A stretch of DNA of 62,931 nucleotides, the filler included, from Octopus bimaculoides (lineage: Eukaryota), in NCBI RefSeq assembly GCF_001194135.2. It is 4 parts of 4 records of this genome, joined end to end, with 100 filler letters (N's around TTAATTAATTAA, not from the genome) between each part and the next. Parts side by side here need not be neighbours in the genome. Positions count along the whole stretch, not along the records: positions 16,813 to 32,818 come from NC_068996.1; positions 32,919 to 58,576 come from NC_069000.1; 2 more parts are not named here. One strand, written 5' to 3'. The notes under the pieces were generated by a model. It was not told the DNA's origin. It made no database searches and saw only the letters and a list, made by a program, of their open reading frames with translations. Position numbers and translations under genes: made by a program. Positions 24,636 through 36,580 of the stretch are shown one piece after another. How positions within the stretch are numbered: position 1 is the first letter of the stretch; each line of letters begins with the position of its first letter.

Positions 24636-24788
24636 GTGCGTGCGTTTGTGCGCGCGCGCTTGTGTCTGTCTGTGTCTATGTATATCTTTGTGTCTATGTA
24701 GGATTTTCTAGACATCTAATTGCTGTGAGGGTCCATCGGAATAGAAAAAGAGGTCACTGGTAAAAGTTCTTCTAGAAAGATGGTGACT

Positions 24789-25167
24789 GGTTGGCACTCC
24801 GTCGATTACGACGACGAGGGTTCCAGTTGATCCGATCAACGGAACAGCCTGCTCGTGAAAGTAACGTGCAAGTGGCTGAGCACTCCACAGACACGTGTAC
24901 CCTTAACGTAGTTCTCGGGGAGATTCAGCGTGACACAGAGTGTGACAAGGCTGAACCTTTGAAATACAGGTACAACAGAAACAAGAAGAGTGAGAGAAAG
25001 TTGTGGTGAAAGAGTACGGCAGGGTTCACCACTACCCTCTGCCGGAGCCTTGTGGAACTTTCGGTGTTTTCACTCAATATACACTCACAAAACCGGTCTG
25101 GGAATCGAAACCGCGATCTTACAACTACGAGGCCGCTGCCCTATCCACTGGACCATTGCGCCTCCAC
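24789..25167 (-). mobile_element. SINE C (head H2 + tail T2), full length
   Basis: Minus strand GTGGAGGCGCAATGGTCCAGTGG (A box) and GGTTTCGATTCC (B box). The body is shared with 54421-54683; tail ends ...GGAGTGCCAACC. Confidence 0.88.
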
Positions 25168-25503
25168 CCTAGAAAGATGACTGATATATTAACAAACATT
25201 CGTTTGCCTCTCAGTTATTTGCAATGAGTGGATAACAACGAAAGTGGTGCGCTGCCATGGCAACCAATAACAATTACATTAGACATAACCACAAGAAATA
25301 CGAACTTTGCTTCAAGTATGACAATTCACTTGACCAACATATAATTAATTATGCAGTTGACCAGAAAGAGATACAGGTGTCCGATAATGAAGTATGTTTA
25401 GGATAAATTTATGGCGTTATGCTTTATTCCAGAATGCTGTCGCAATAATGTATGTACATGAACGGAATTATACATGTTCTCCAGTCAAACCACTTCGAAA
25501 TAT

Positions 25504-25920
25504 CTTTCACTTGCTTCAGTCACTAGATTGAGGCCATGCTGGAGTACAGTCTTGAAGGGTTTTGGTCGAACAATTCGACATCAGGACATTTTTTAAAGCC
25601 TGGTACTTATTTTATCGTGTTCTTTTGCCAAACCCTAGAATACGGCGACATAAACAAACTAAGACCGGTTGTCAAGCGGTGCTAGGCGACAAAGATATAC
25701 CTTCCGCGCACGCACATGCACACATATACACATGCGTGCATATTCATATACAAGACAGTCTTCGTTCAGTTTCCATCCATCTGCTACATCCACTCATAAG
25801 GCTTTGGTCGACCGGGGGGCTATAGCAGAAGACACTTAATCAAGGTATCACGCAGTGGGACTGAACCCAGAACCATGTCAGTAGGAAGCAAGCTTCTTAC
25901 TACACAGCCACGCCTGCGTC
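25504..25920 (-). mobile_element. SINE family B, full length
   Basis: Head-to-tail homology with 22801-23257. Confidence 0.88.
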
Positions 25921-26343
25921 TATTGTGAAACATACTAAATTTGTTTTTCCTCAAAATATGCTTGTAAAACAGGGAAACGTCTTATACGCCAGCTCTTACA
26001 GTATTTCATATTCGACATTTCCCTTTCGATCCTCATGAGTTTACTAAATATGTAGAAATAAGATGTCGAGTCCTTTTGAACGGTTTACATCTTTCCTTTC
26101 TGACAAGTTGCTTACAAACTTGAAGATTTGTATCCTGTCAAAAGTAAATTTTATTTTGATTAACTTGTACATCATAGGATGAATAATTTGGTTTTCAGAG
26201 CGGCATTTCTCAGAAAATTTATTTCTAATCCCAGATGTTCTTTTGAGTTTTACTTTCTTTACTTAGAAGCGCTGGTTTTAAAAGCAACATCACTCTTTTA
26301 ACAAACCATGTTTTAAGAGGTCCGGCCAATATTAGATTTAGTT

Positions 26344-26409
<66 letters not shown>

Positions 26410-26610
26410 TGTGTGTGTGTGTGTGTGTATAAAGGAACATCTATCATCTTTTGGTGTACAAATCTTCAGTGAAGTCGCCTCTTATTTATATTTCAGCTGT
26501 CTGCTTAGCTAGCTGTGATATAAACCACAAAGAGACTCTAGTTATCCTGATGCCGAGTTGTTGCTTTCGGCCTCACCTACTCTCATTACGCACGTACTTG
26601 TATGAAATAA

Positions 26611-26682
<72 letters not shown>

Positions 26683-26699
26683 GATGATGATGGTAATAA

Positions 26700-26700
<1 letters not shown>

Positions 26701-26759
<59 letters not shown>

Positions 26760-27660
26760 GCCTTTACACATCTTCTAATGCTGGAGATGTGCTACAATGT
26801 CAGCTGTTCACTACCAGTGAACTAAGGTAACACCTCTTATCTTTCGAGCACCTTCCGGAGTATTCGAGCGGTTCCAAGCAGTGCTGTTTTCTGCAAGTGC
26901 TCCACCCTTATTGCAGCCCCTATTTGTTCCACGTACTTCTCGAGATTTTTGCTCACTGTTCCCATGTATATTACAATTATTGGTACTACTACTACCTTTT
27001 TTATCAACCACAACTGCTTAACTTCCCAAGCTAACCTGTGATATCTCTCAACTTTTCTTTCTTCCTTATCGCATACCTTGTTGTCAGCTGGGCATGCTAT
27101 ATCTATGATCCAGCATAGTTTGTTTTCTTTCTCAATTAAGACTATGTCTGGCTTCCTATTCTCAATCTCATGGTCGCACTGAATCATAAAATCCCATAGG
27201 ATCTTAGCATTTTTATTTTCGCCGATGCCTTCAGGTTTGTGGTCGTAACATTTTTTTGCTCTGCCAAGTTCATTCTTGTTGCAGAGTGTCCAATGGACAA
27301 GCTTGGCTATATTGTCGTGGCATCTTTTATATTCCTTCTGGGCNNNNNNNNNNAAGCTTGGCTATATTGTCGTGGCATCTTTTATATTCCTTCTGGGCTA
27401 GTGGCGTACATTGGCTGGTAATATGCCATACGGTTTCACCGTTTTGTCCACAGATTCTGCACTTATTACTTTCTGCTGTGTTTTCTATTCTCTACTTTAT
27501 GTAGTTTGTTCTTAGTGCTTGCTCTTGGGTAGCACAGATTAGAGCCTACATTTCTGGTCTAAAATCACTTTTAGTCATCCACAGCCATCTTTTTTCCCTG
27601 TCTGTCTTATCTTCAACATCCCTATGAAATTGTCCATGCATTCTTTTCTTTACCCACCTA
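26701..27660 (-). mobile_element. 5'-truncated RLE non-LTR retrotransposon (R4/Dong/NeSL-like) with CCHC knuckle, PD..D endonuclease and (AAT)n tail
   Basis: Minus strand W..KRMHGQFHRD, ALICATQEQALRTN (with stops), CRICGQNGETVWHITSQC, KILWDF, RKPDIVLI...IIDIACP and QKTALLGTARILRKVL. Confidence 0.93.
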
Positions 27661-29814
27661 ACTCAGAGCATGAAGACGGGTGTAATACAATTAAGTATTT
27701 TGCCCGGCGTATCAAGATTCTGCCAGCTAAGATTCTGCCTTTGAAATATATATTATCACCTCCCTAAACAACAATGCATTTTCATATTTATCTAGCAGCT
27801 GCTAAATCATTTAACATAAAAAATATACACGTGTTATACTTGTGGAAAGACTGGTGTGTTTTGATGCATTTTATATGCAATGCTTAAAATTTATATTGGA
27901 GGCTTAATGAGTCTTGTCAATAATTCGGCTGCATTCGTACCTCTCTGCCTTTCCTTTTGTACAGCGTTATAGAATATCGCTCTTTGTCTTTCTGCTGATG
28001 GGGCTTTATATTCCACGAGATATCTTGGAAATACGGATTGCTATTCTGATAAAAGTACTTACATTTATGTTAACGTGTAGAAATATTGATTTTTGGGTAC
28101 CTTCTGGCTTTAAAATTATCTTATATTTCAAAATATTATTATTCCAAACAGGAATTTGTTTTAATATTTATTGAATCCTTAGCTAAACCTTATACACATG
28201 CGCGAACACACGCACGCACACTTACATACATTCACACACTACATTCACACACACTCATGCGCACACGCATATATTTGTTCGGTAAGCTGCAAAATCTCTA
28301 ATATGCATACTAACAGAAAAATTAAGATTATTTCGGTGAAAAATGGTAATGGTTTCTAAGAATAAAAGTATAGATTACAACGGCATAGTGTTGCATTCAG
28401 AATCCTACAAAATTCTACCATATTTTCACTTGGAGAGAGAATTTGAAAAATAAGTGTAAGATAGTAAATCGTGATATGTTCGGTGAACAGTGAGAATCTA
28501 AACGATGGCTTTCGTATTTATTCTTAAAATGCTCTGCTGGATTCGAACATGAATATGCAAATAGCTGTTGTGCTTTGTTACAGAACAACTTCTTTACAAC
28601 AAATGTGCGTTCATAGCACTATCGGGTCAATATCGCAAGGGACTCTGGAACTTCCTGTGTTTCAATATCGTTGTTTCGTCAGAAAGAGGTACCCTCGGCC
28701 TAATGACTCTAACAAGGGTCAGCAATCTAGCTTATAATTTCAACGAAAAAATAAAAACTGCTTGCTGATCCGGGATGATATCTACCAACCGATTATAAAT
28801 CCAATATGCACGGTGAAAAGCAAAAATCAAAACGATGTCTTGCATATTTATTCATAAAACGTTTCCACAGATTCAGACGTGACTATGCTAATAACTGGTG
28901 TGTTTCCTGGGAGAACAATTCGTTTGTTTCATGATCTCATCATTGCCTGAAACTTTCAGCTTTTTTCGAGATTATTACTTAAGTATACTGCAATATAATC
29001 CTGTGCACCACATAATACAGGTGTGTATGAAAATTAATAGTCTGGGAATCGCAATTATATATGTTGAAGCAGTTGTTAATAGACGTTTCGCTGGCTTTGG
29101 CGGATTTATAAATAAAATGGTGACATCTGTTAAGAAGATGAATTCTACACCTCTACATGACTTTTTGCTTTCTGTTCATGCTTGTTGCATACACCTTTGT
29201 CAGAAATTTTAATTGGACTACCCCAGCAATTTCTCATGTTGAATGTTATAAATACAGACAACGACAGAAAATTTGTTTTGTATTTCTCCTTGTGGAATCT
29301 TTCCTACATATGTCTTTACATATTGCTTTCACAATGATGTTGTATTGCATGTTAAGTTTATACTGCATAGTGACATTTTGTATCAGCTGCTTATAACATT
29401 TATGATCTCTTCTCCAGAAGATTTAATCGATATGGGAATTGTTGAAGTACATTCGCCTACTACTTCTTATGTTGTAGCTATAAGAGACAAGTTATGCTTC
29501 TTTGAGTGCTCATTCGCAACACATAATATATTACACAAGACAATTGTCTCACTATCGTTCTCGTAGCCTAGATAATAACATTAGGGTGAAATCATACGAT
29601 ACACAAATGCTATGTTGACTTACATGAAACTACTTCTCCCGTCTTTTCTTCTGAACTAGAGCCGATATTACTTCTGTAGACTGTACCTTACTTTTTTTGT
29701 TACGATGTTCTCACTTTTAAGTTTATCACAACAGATTTTCAATAAAATTCAGGGCCAGCACTGGAAGTTGCGATGTTTCGTTTACAAATACGCTATTACG
29801 TAAACGATGCAATG

Positions 29815-29918
29815 GAAGAAAGAAGAAGAAGAAGAAGAAGAAGAAGAAGAAGAAGAAGAAGAAGAAGAAGAAGAAGAAGAAGAAGAAGAAGAAGAAGAAG
29901 AAGAAGAAGAAGAAGAAG
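29815..29918. repeat. (GAA)n microsatellite, ~100 bp
   Basis: Seen directly. Confidence 0.97.
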
Positions 29919-30373
29919 AGAGGCGCCTTATGTTTCATCGAATACAATGTCTATTTTCTGTGGCGTTAAGGCGTTAAGGGAGAAGTTTCAACCCGGGTCG
30001 TCAGAAGGCTTTCTCGATAGAGGACCTAAACAAGACTCTGAAAATTCCCCAACCTGTCAGTCAATTCAACAACAATATGAACAAGTGCAGGGACAAGAGA
30101 AACTGCGTATAACTTGGTAAGTGTCTGGATTGTTATAGATTTGTCCAGCTATCGATGAACTACAAGTTTACTTAGGAATTTCATTTGATTTCATCATACA
30201 TAATACATTTGTTTTCAGATATTTGTTATTTTTGCTTACTTTGCAATTTTTCGTTTTAATTCATTCATTGGTGAACTTACAAATATAAACACATAAAACA
30301 TGTCTTCTCCCTCAGCCCCACGCTCTTTCCACTCTCTTCCCTCCTTACCCTCTCCCTCTGTCTGAATATTTAC

Positions 30374-30425
<52 letters not shown>

Positions 30426-30560
30426 ATAGATATATAGATATGTGTTTTCTATAAAACTATGTATACATATATGTATATATATGTGTGTGTGGGGGGGGTG
30501 TATACATATATATATACACACATATATATATACACACATATATATAGTTTTATACAAAAC

Positions 30561-30591
<31 letters not shown>

Positions 30592-30673
30592 GTTTTATAC
30601 AAAACATACATACATCTACATATATATATATATATATTATCTCTTCCTGTTTCTCTCTCTCTCCCTTTCTGTG

Positions 30674-30751
<78 letters not shown>

Positions 30752-31137
30752 NNNNNNNNNNNNNNNNNNNNNNNNNNNNNNNNNNNNNNNNNNNNNNNNN
30801 NNNNNNNNNNNNNNNNNNNNNNNNNNNNNNNNNNNNNNNNNNNNNNNNNNNNNNNNNNNNNNNNNNNNNNNNNNNNNNNNNNNNNNNNNNNNNNNNNNNN
30901 NNNNNNNNNNNNNNNNNNNNNNNNNNNNNNNNNNNNNNNNNNNNNNNNNNNNNNNNNNNNNNNNNNNNNNNNNNNNNNNNNNNNNNNNNNNNNNNNNNNN
31001 NNNNNNNNNNNNNNNNNNNNNNNNNNNNNNNNNNNNNNNNNNNNNNNNNNNNNNNNNNNNNNNNNNNNNNNNNNNNNNNNNNNNNNNNNNNNNNNNNNNN
31101 NNNNNNNNNNNNNNNNNNNNNNNNNNNNNNNNNNNNN

Positions 31138-31176
<39 letters not shown>

Positions 31177-31749
31177 ATACATACGTACGTACCTACGTAC
31201 GTACGCACATATGCATTCATACCTTCAATTAAATATATGAGCCGGCATTAAAAGTATAATTTCTTTTGTTGCAATAATGTGTCTTTGTAAATCTATTTGT
31301 AGTTTCTACTTGAATCAGTCTCTTGTGTAGTTGTGGGCCATTGATTATTTCCAAGTTACTCTTCATTAATACTTGTCTCGCGCTTCAAAACCAAACAGAC
31401 CACGTCTGGCGATGTCTTTAACTAATAACGCTTCACTTGGCTAACACTCTGTTTTTGCTGCGTTGAACAGAAGATTCGTAGCAACGTTACAGTTCAGTTA
31501 ATTTGAATGATATGTCAGACACGTGTCTTTTCTTCGTCTGTTGGTGTGACGAATTTTCTATATATTCCTAGTTGTTATTATAATTCTTGTCGTCTTCTCT
31601 AAGGTTATAATAGATGTCAGTCGAGTTGTATTCGCTGAGAACAACAGATCTCAAACGGTACGACGCTGATTGTTGAAAATATTAAATATTATTCAATGTT
31701 TGAAAATCCAATTCATGCCTGAACACGATTATATGTGTCGTTCATAAGT

Positions 31750-32400
31750 GTAGGCGTGACTGTGTGGTAAGAAGCTTGCTTTCTCACCACATGGTTCTGG
31801 ATTCAGTCTCACAGCCTAGCACCTTGGGTGTGTTTTACAATAGCTCCAGGCCGACCAAAGTCCTGTGAGTGGATTTGGTTGTCGGAAACTGAAAAAGTAC
31901 TCGTCATGTGTGTGTGTGTGTGTGTGTGTGTATACGAAAGACTTCCCCCAGTGTTTGAGTCCAATAATAGGCAGCCATTGTTGTGACGCACAAGAGAGGC
32001 AAAAGACTGAAACAATTTCCTTTAACATTCAGATGCAGGCGTGACAGTGTGGTAAGAAATTTGCTTCCCAAGTACGTGGTTTCGAATCCAGTCCCACTAC
32101 GTGGCACCTTGGGCGAGTGTCTTTTACTATAGCATCGAGCCGACCAAAGCCTTGTGAGTGGATTGGGTAGACGGAAACTGAAAAGAAGCCTGGGGTGTGA
32201 GTGCGTGTGTTTGTCCTCCATTACGGTTTGACAACCAGTGTTAGTGTGTTTACGTATCTGTAACTTAGCAGTTCAACAGCAGAGACTGATGGAATAAGTA
32301 CCAGGCTTTAAAATATCCTGATGTTGATTCGTTCGACTAAAAATTCTTCATAGTGGTATCTCAGCATTTGTCGCAGTCAAATGATTGAAATATGTAATAC
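31750..32400 (+). mobile_element. SINE B head (31750-31905) and a near-full SINE B (32035-32400)
   Basis: GTAGGCGTGACTGTGTGGTAAGAAG heads, and the B tail at ~32340-32400. Confidence 0.85.
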
Positions 32401-32530
32401 ATAAGTAACGCACAACACACACATGCATATATATATATATGACGTTTTTTCTGCAGTTATCAATGACTAATTAGAGTTGATCAAATCAACTTTGCCTTGC
32501 CCCAATAGTTGTGACATTGTGACAATAATG

Positions 32531-32818
32531 GCTTCAAATTTTGGCACAAGGCTAGAAATTTCGAGGGCGGGCGTTAATCGATTACATCGACTCCAGTGTC
32601 CAGCTGGGGCTTATTTTATCGATCTGGAAAAGGAAGAAAGACCTTGGTGGAATTTGAACTCAGAACGTAAAGGCAGACGAAATGTCGCTAAGTAGTTTGT
32701 CCGACGTGCTAACGGTTCTGCCAGCCTGCTACCTTACACTCTCTTTTACTTGTTTCAGTCATTTGACTGCGGCCATGCTGGAGCACCGCCTTTAGTCTAC
32801 GAAATCGGCTCCAGGACT
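32531..32818 (-). mobile_element. SINE A (32531-32736) directly downstream of a SINE B tail (32737-32818)
   Basis: Both match family consensus features on the minus strand. Confidence 0.85.
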
Positions 32819-32918
32819 NNNNNNNNNNNNNNNNNNNNNNNNNNNNNNNNNNNNNNNNNNNNTTAATTAATTAANNNNNNNNNNNNNNNNNNNNNNNNNN
32901 NNNNNNNNNNNNNNNNNN

Positions 32919-33070
32919 CCAGTGCGTAACTGGTACTTAATTTATCGACCCCGAAAGGATGAAAGGCTAAGTCAACCTCGGCGGAATTTGTACTCAGAAC
33001 ATAACGGCAGACGAAATACCACTAAGCATTTCGCCCGGCGTGCTAACGTTTATGTCAGTTCGCCTCCTTA
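32919..33070 (-). mobile_element. SINE A 5' two-thirds
   Basis: Near-identical to the core and head of 1511-1727. Confidence 0.9.
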
Positions 33071-33176
33071 GACGTACGTAATATTGAGAAATTCTCTGCA
33101 TTTGTGTAACGTATACCTCCATGTAGTTTACAGCGTTATACAATACGCACGCAAACACATAAACACACACACACAT

Positions 33177-33224
<48 letters not shown>

Positions 33225-33793
33225 ACACAGACATTTACATACACTCTATGCTACGTTAGCATATATTCTTTTACTCGCGCAACAAACAGATCACGACAGC
33301 TGTGTTATCCACAAGTCAGCTGTCATGTGCCAATAGCAAGCAACGATTTAAGAAATATTCTTCGAAAATCTAACAATAAACTAACTGAAGCATCCATTTC
33401 TTTTAAAATTTGGTCTGAGTGAAAAAAAAATTGTTATAAAAACAAACTGGAAATATTTAACGAAACAGAAAAGAAAAAAAACGGGTCAGAAAACATTTTT
33501 TGTCACTAAGATTCTCAATTCTTAGGCTAAATTTCTTTCTTAATTCCATTTTTTGGGGACTTTCTTTTCTTAAAAGAACAGAAGGAATGTTGTAAACGCT
33601 GGAATAGCCATAAAGATTAAGATTAATTACTGATTAACAACAAAACCTTGATCATCGAAAATTATACGCATAAAAAGAAGGATCTGATCATTGACAATGT
33701 TCCCTATACTTGGATCTTGATGACATATTAACCACGTCAATAATAAATGGTGAACATTTCTGTAGATATAGGTAAGCGAGGGGATTATATATA

Positions 33794-33955
33794 ACTCTTT
33801 ACTCTTTTACTTGTTTCAGTCATTTGACTGCGGCCATGCTGGAGCACCGCCTTAGTCGAGCAAATCGACTCCAGGATTTATTCTTTGCAAGCCCAGTACT
33901 TATTCTATCGGTCTCTTTTGCCGGTATGCTAACGATTCTGCCAGCTCCCTGCCTT
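33794..33955 (-). mobile_element. Chimeric SINE: A head joined to B tail
   Basis: Minus strand GGCAGGGAGCTGGCAGAATCGTTAGCATA-CCGGCAAAA-GAGACCGATAGAATAAGTAC. Confidence 0.8.
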
Positions 33956-34339
33956 GAAATAGGACTCGAACATTATTCGAATAATGTATAAAAAATGTGT
34001 AAAAACCAATGCTGAGTTGTTCGTATTTGCATGTATAGATGTATGTGATAATTCGTTTCTCTATCAGCATCTCGATGTATTTATGTACATACAAGAATCA
34101 AGTGTATCTGTGTATGTGTGAAGGCTAAAATTATATTTTTATTGCTTTGTCATAATCTTAACAACCACCCAACTATCCCGTGACATTCCAAGTTAATGTG
34201 AATTCAACAACGCACAGAAACAATCTAATATACATATGTCAGGACCCCACAGAAAGAATGGCCACCCGTATGAAAAGGAGAAAAGGAAACCCTAAAATTG
34301 CATTGACGGTTCTAACAGATTTGTGCAGTGTTTATGACT

Positions 34340-34385
<46 letters not shown>

Positions 34386-35413
34386 AACGGCACACAAGTT
34401 AAATGGCTTTAACTAGGAGTCGAAACCCGATTGTAAATATTACAAAACATGTACCTAGAAATGAACATAACAGACAGTTCATAAGTGATACAAATTAGTC
34501 ATTGGTATGTGGCCATGCTGGGGTACCAATGTCTTACTGTATTTATCTACTTCTTGGAATTAAGTTCGTATGTGCGTGTGTGCGCTTGTGACTGTTCGTG
34601 TGTACGAAAGGGTATTAGTCTATCGTATCGATCCCTGTATTTAATTCTGTTTGCAGTTTATTTTTTTGAATTCTACTAATCAAATTGCTAATTTACCTTT
34701 TGACGTAAAGGAACAAGCTCTATAATCGGAAGATGGCTTCTCGCGAAGTTCAAACGAAGCAGACGATAGAACGTCGTCGCTGTCGCTGAAAAGTTAGAAT
34801 CTCCTGCTCAGCTCCACATATCTGATTCCACTTATCTGAGACAACTGATGGCTTGTTCGACGATGGCCCTCATTGATAAATTCACGTAGTTTCCGTTGGG
34901 GAAGGCTTATCGGAGTTTCTGCTGAGGAAGGCTTTGATCATGTGTCGTAATCAAAAAGCCTCAGTCGTGGCTTTATATCTTGCACTTCTGAGACAGTTCT
35001 GGGGTTTCTCTTTACATATTTTCTGGTATATTGCAAATGATTGTATACCTGAAACGCTCATCATCTGGAACTGAGTCACGGTCAGTGTTGAGACAAAGAT
35101 AGCACTGAAAACTTGTGTTCGAACTAAAGGACCTTCACTGAAAGCCTGATAAAAACATTTCGAGGGTCACAGTCACAGATTTAACTATCATCATACAAAA
35201 TTTGGTGCATGTACGTCACTCTAATTTGTCGTACATCGTAAAATTCGCAGAGCAGTTCTTAAAAAGTGTTGCAAAACCTTGCATAATAACTGAACACAAA
35301 TAGCTACGCATAAAACCTGTCTGTAGACTAAGTCACTAAGCCGGTTACCTACGATCGTCTGCTGCGCAAGCATTTCCGTTGAACCGTACAACCGTACGAC
35401 CTGATTAATAATG

Positions 35414-35446
<33 letters not shown>

Positions 35447-35474
35447 TAATAATAATAATAATAGTAACATCGAT

Positions 35475-35645
35475 AGGAATGAGAACCCAGGTTCGAAATT
35501 TCCCCAAGACACCTGACGAAGGCTGGAGGGTATATCGGCCGAAACGTTGTGTTAACAACAAACAAGATGAGGACGAATATCCGTCAAATGTAGATAATGT
35601 AAATAATGTAAATAATTCCTCATCTCTTAAATATAGAACTGAACA
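35475..35645 (+). mobile_element. Short PLE pseudo-LTR-like element following (AAT)n, carrying an HHR motif
   Basis: Contains the HHR at 35508-35553. The PLE assignment is inference from the motif type. Confidence 0.6.
35508..35553 (+). ncRNA. Candidate minimal type-I hammerhead ribozyme
   Basis: GACAC-CTGACGA-A-GGCTG-(10 nt)-CGGCC-GAAA-CGT-T-GTGTT. Stem I is 5 bp, stem II is 5 bp, and stem III is the palindrome ACGT. Confidence 0.72.
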
Positions 35646-36103
35646 ACTCTATATACTTTCTGATAACACCTTGTAAGGGCTGCACACAAGAGATAACGTA
35701 GTCCTATACAAAGTCCACGAGAAGAGAAGACAGGATGGTTGTAGCTAGATTGCATTTTATTATAAGCCTTCTCCGCAATGATTGACCTGGAAATAATCAA
35801 CAAGAACAACAACAACAACAACAACGATGACAACATCAATAATTGGTAGAATGGTATCTCGTACGTGCTCTAAATATTGCTTATATGCATGCACGTATTG
35901 CTTTACGGTTTGTCTCTGTTTGGCCTTTAATTCTTGTTTTCTGATTTTTGTTCCCGTTTCCCAGTTCTGTGCCAAGTGACTTCAGGTTGTTGACATAAAT
36001 AACTGCATCAGGTCTCTTGACGGTTGTATTCTGTGGAAGTAGCTGTAGTAGTAGTAGTAGTAGTAGTGAAAGTCACAGCAGCAGCAGCCGCAGTGGCAGT
36101 AGC

Positions 36104-36139
<36 letters not shown>

Positions 36140-36404
36140 TATTGTTATTTTGTTCTCTCTCCGGTCAGCTTCTGATCGGGTAGACATATATCTTTCCATG
36201 TTATAATGTTATAACGATGTAGGAGACACTCTGGGGATTATATTTTCCTCATCCATCATTATCCAGACCGGCAATTTACATGAACATAAATAAAATATAA
36301 ATGGATGCATACATACATACATACATACATATATGCATAATGCATGTAAATAATATGTATCCCTCACCAGACAGAGTATTTTTTCTATCACGGAACAGTA
36401 CATC

Positions 36405-36436
<32 letters not shown>

Positions 36437-36439
<3 letters not shown>

Positions 36440-36580
36440 TCCGTATTCTTTCTGTTGAAGAGCGTAGCTCGAAACGTCAAAGACGTTCCGTATTCCCGAG
36501 CGTCATACTAATATACCCTTTTGTTATTTACACCACCTGTCCTCGTCTGTTGCTATTATTTGTATATTCTCCCATATATA
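36437..36580 (+). mobile_element. Family P short element between (TA)n tracts, with HHR-like motif 36447-36483
   Basis: TCTTT-CTGTTGA-A-GAGC-GTA-GCTC-GAAA-CGT-C-AAAGA; homologous to 8610-8848. Confidence 0.78.

Noticed and set aside
24008-25167. tRNA-like A/B-box sequences
   Set aside because: They are SINE heads continuing into repeat bodies; no complete cloverleaf is supportable.
27299-27398. Exact 45-bp tandem duplication around 10 Ns inside the LINE, starting at AAGCTT
   Set aside because: Typical unmerged contig overlap; treated as an assembly artefact.
28640-28695. Minus-strand CTGACGA...GAAA
   Set aside because: No credible stem II or stem I, so not a hammerhead.
29975-30015. Minus-strand CTGACGA-CCCGGGTT-GAAA
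   Set aside because: No loop for stem II and no stem I pairing.
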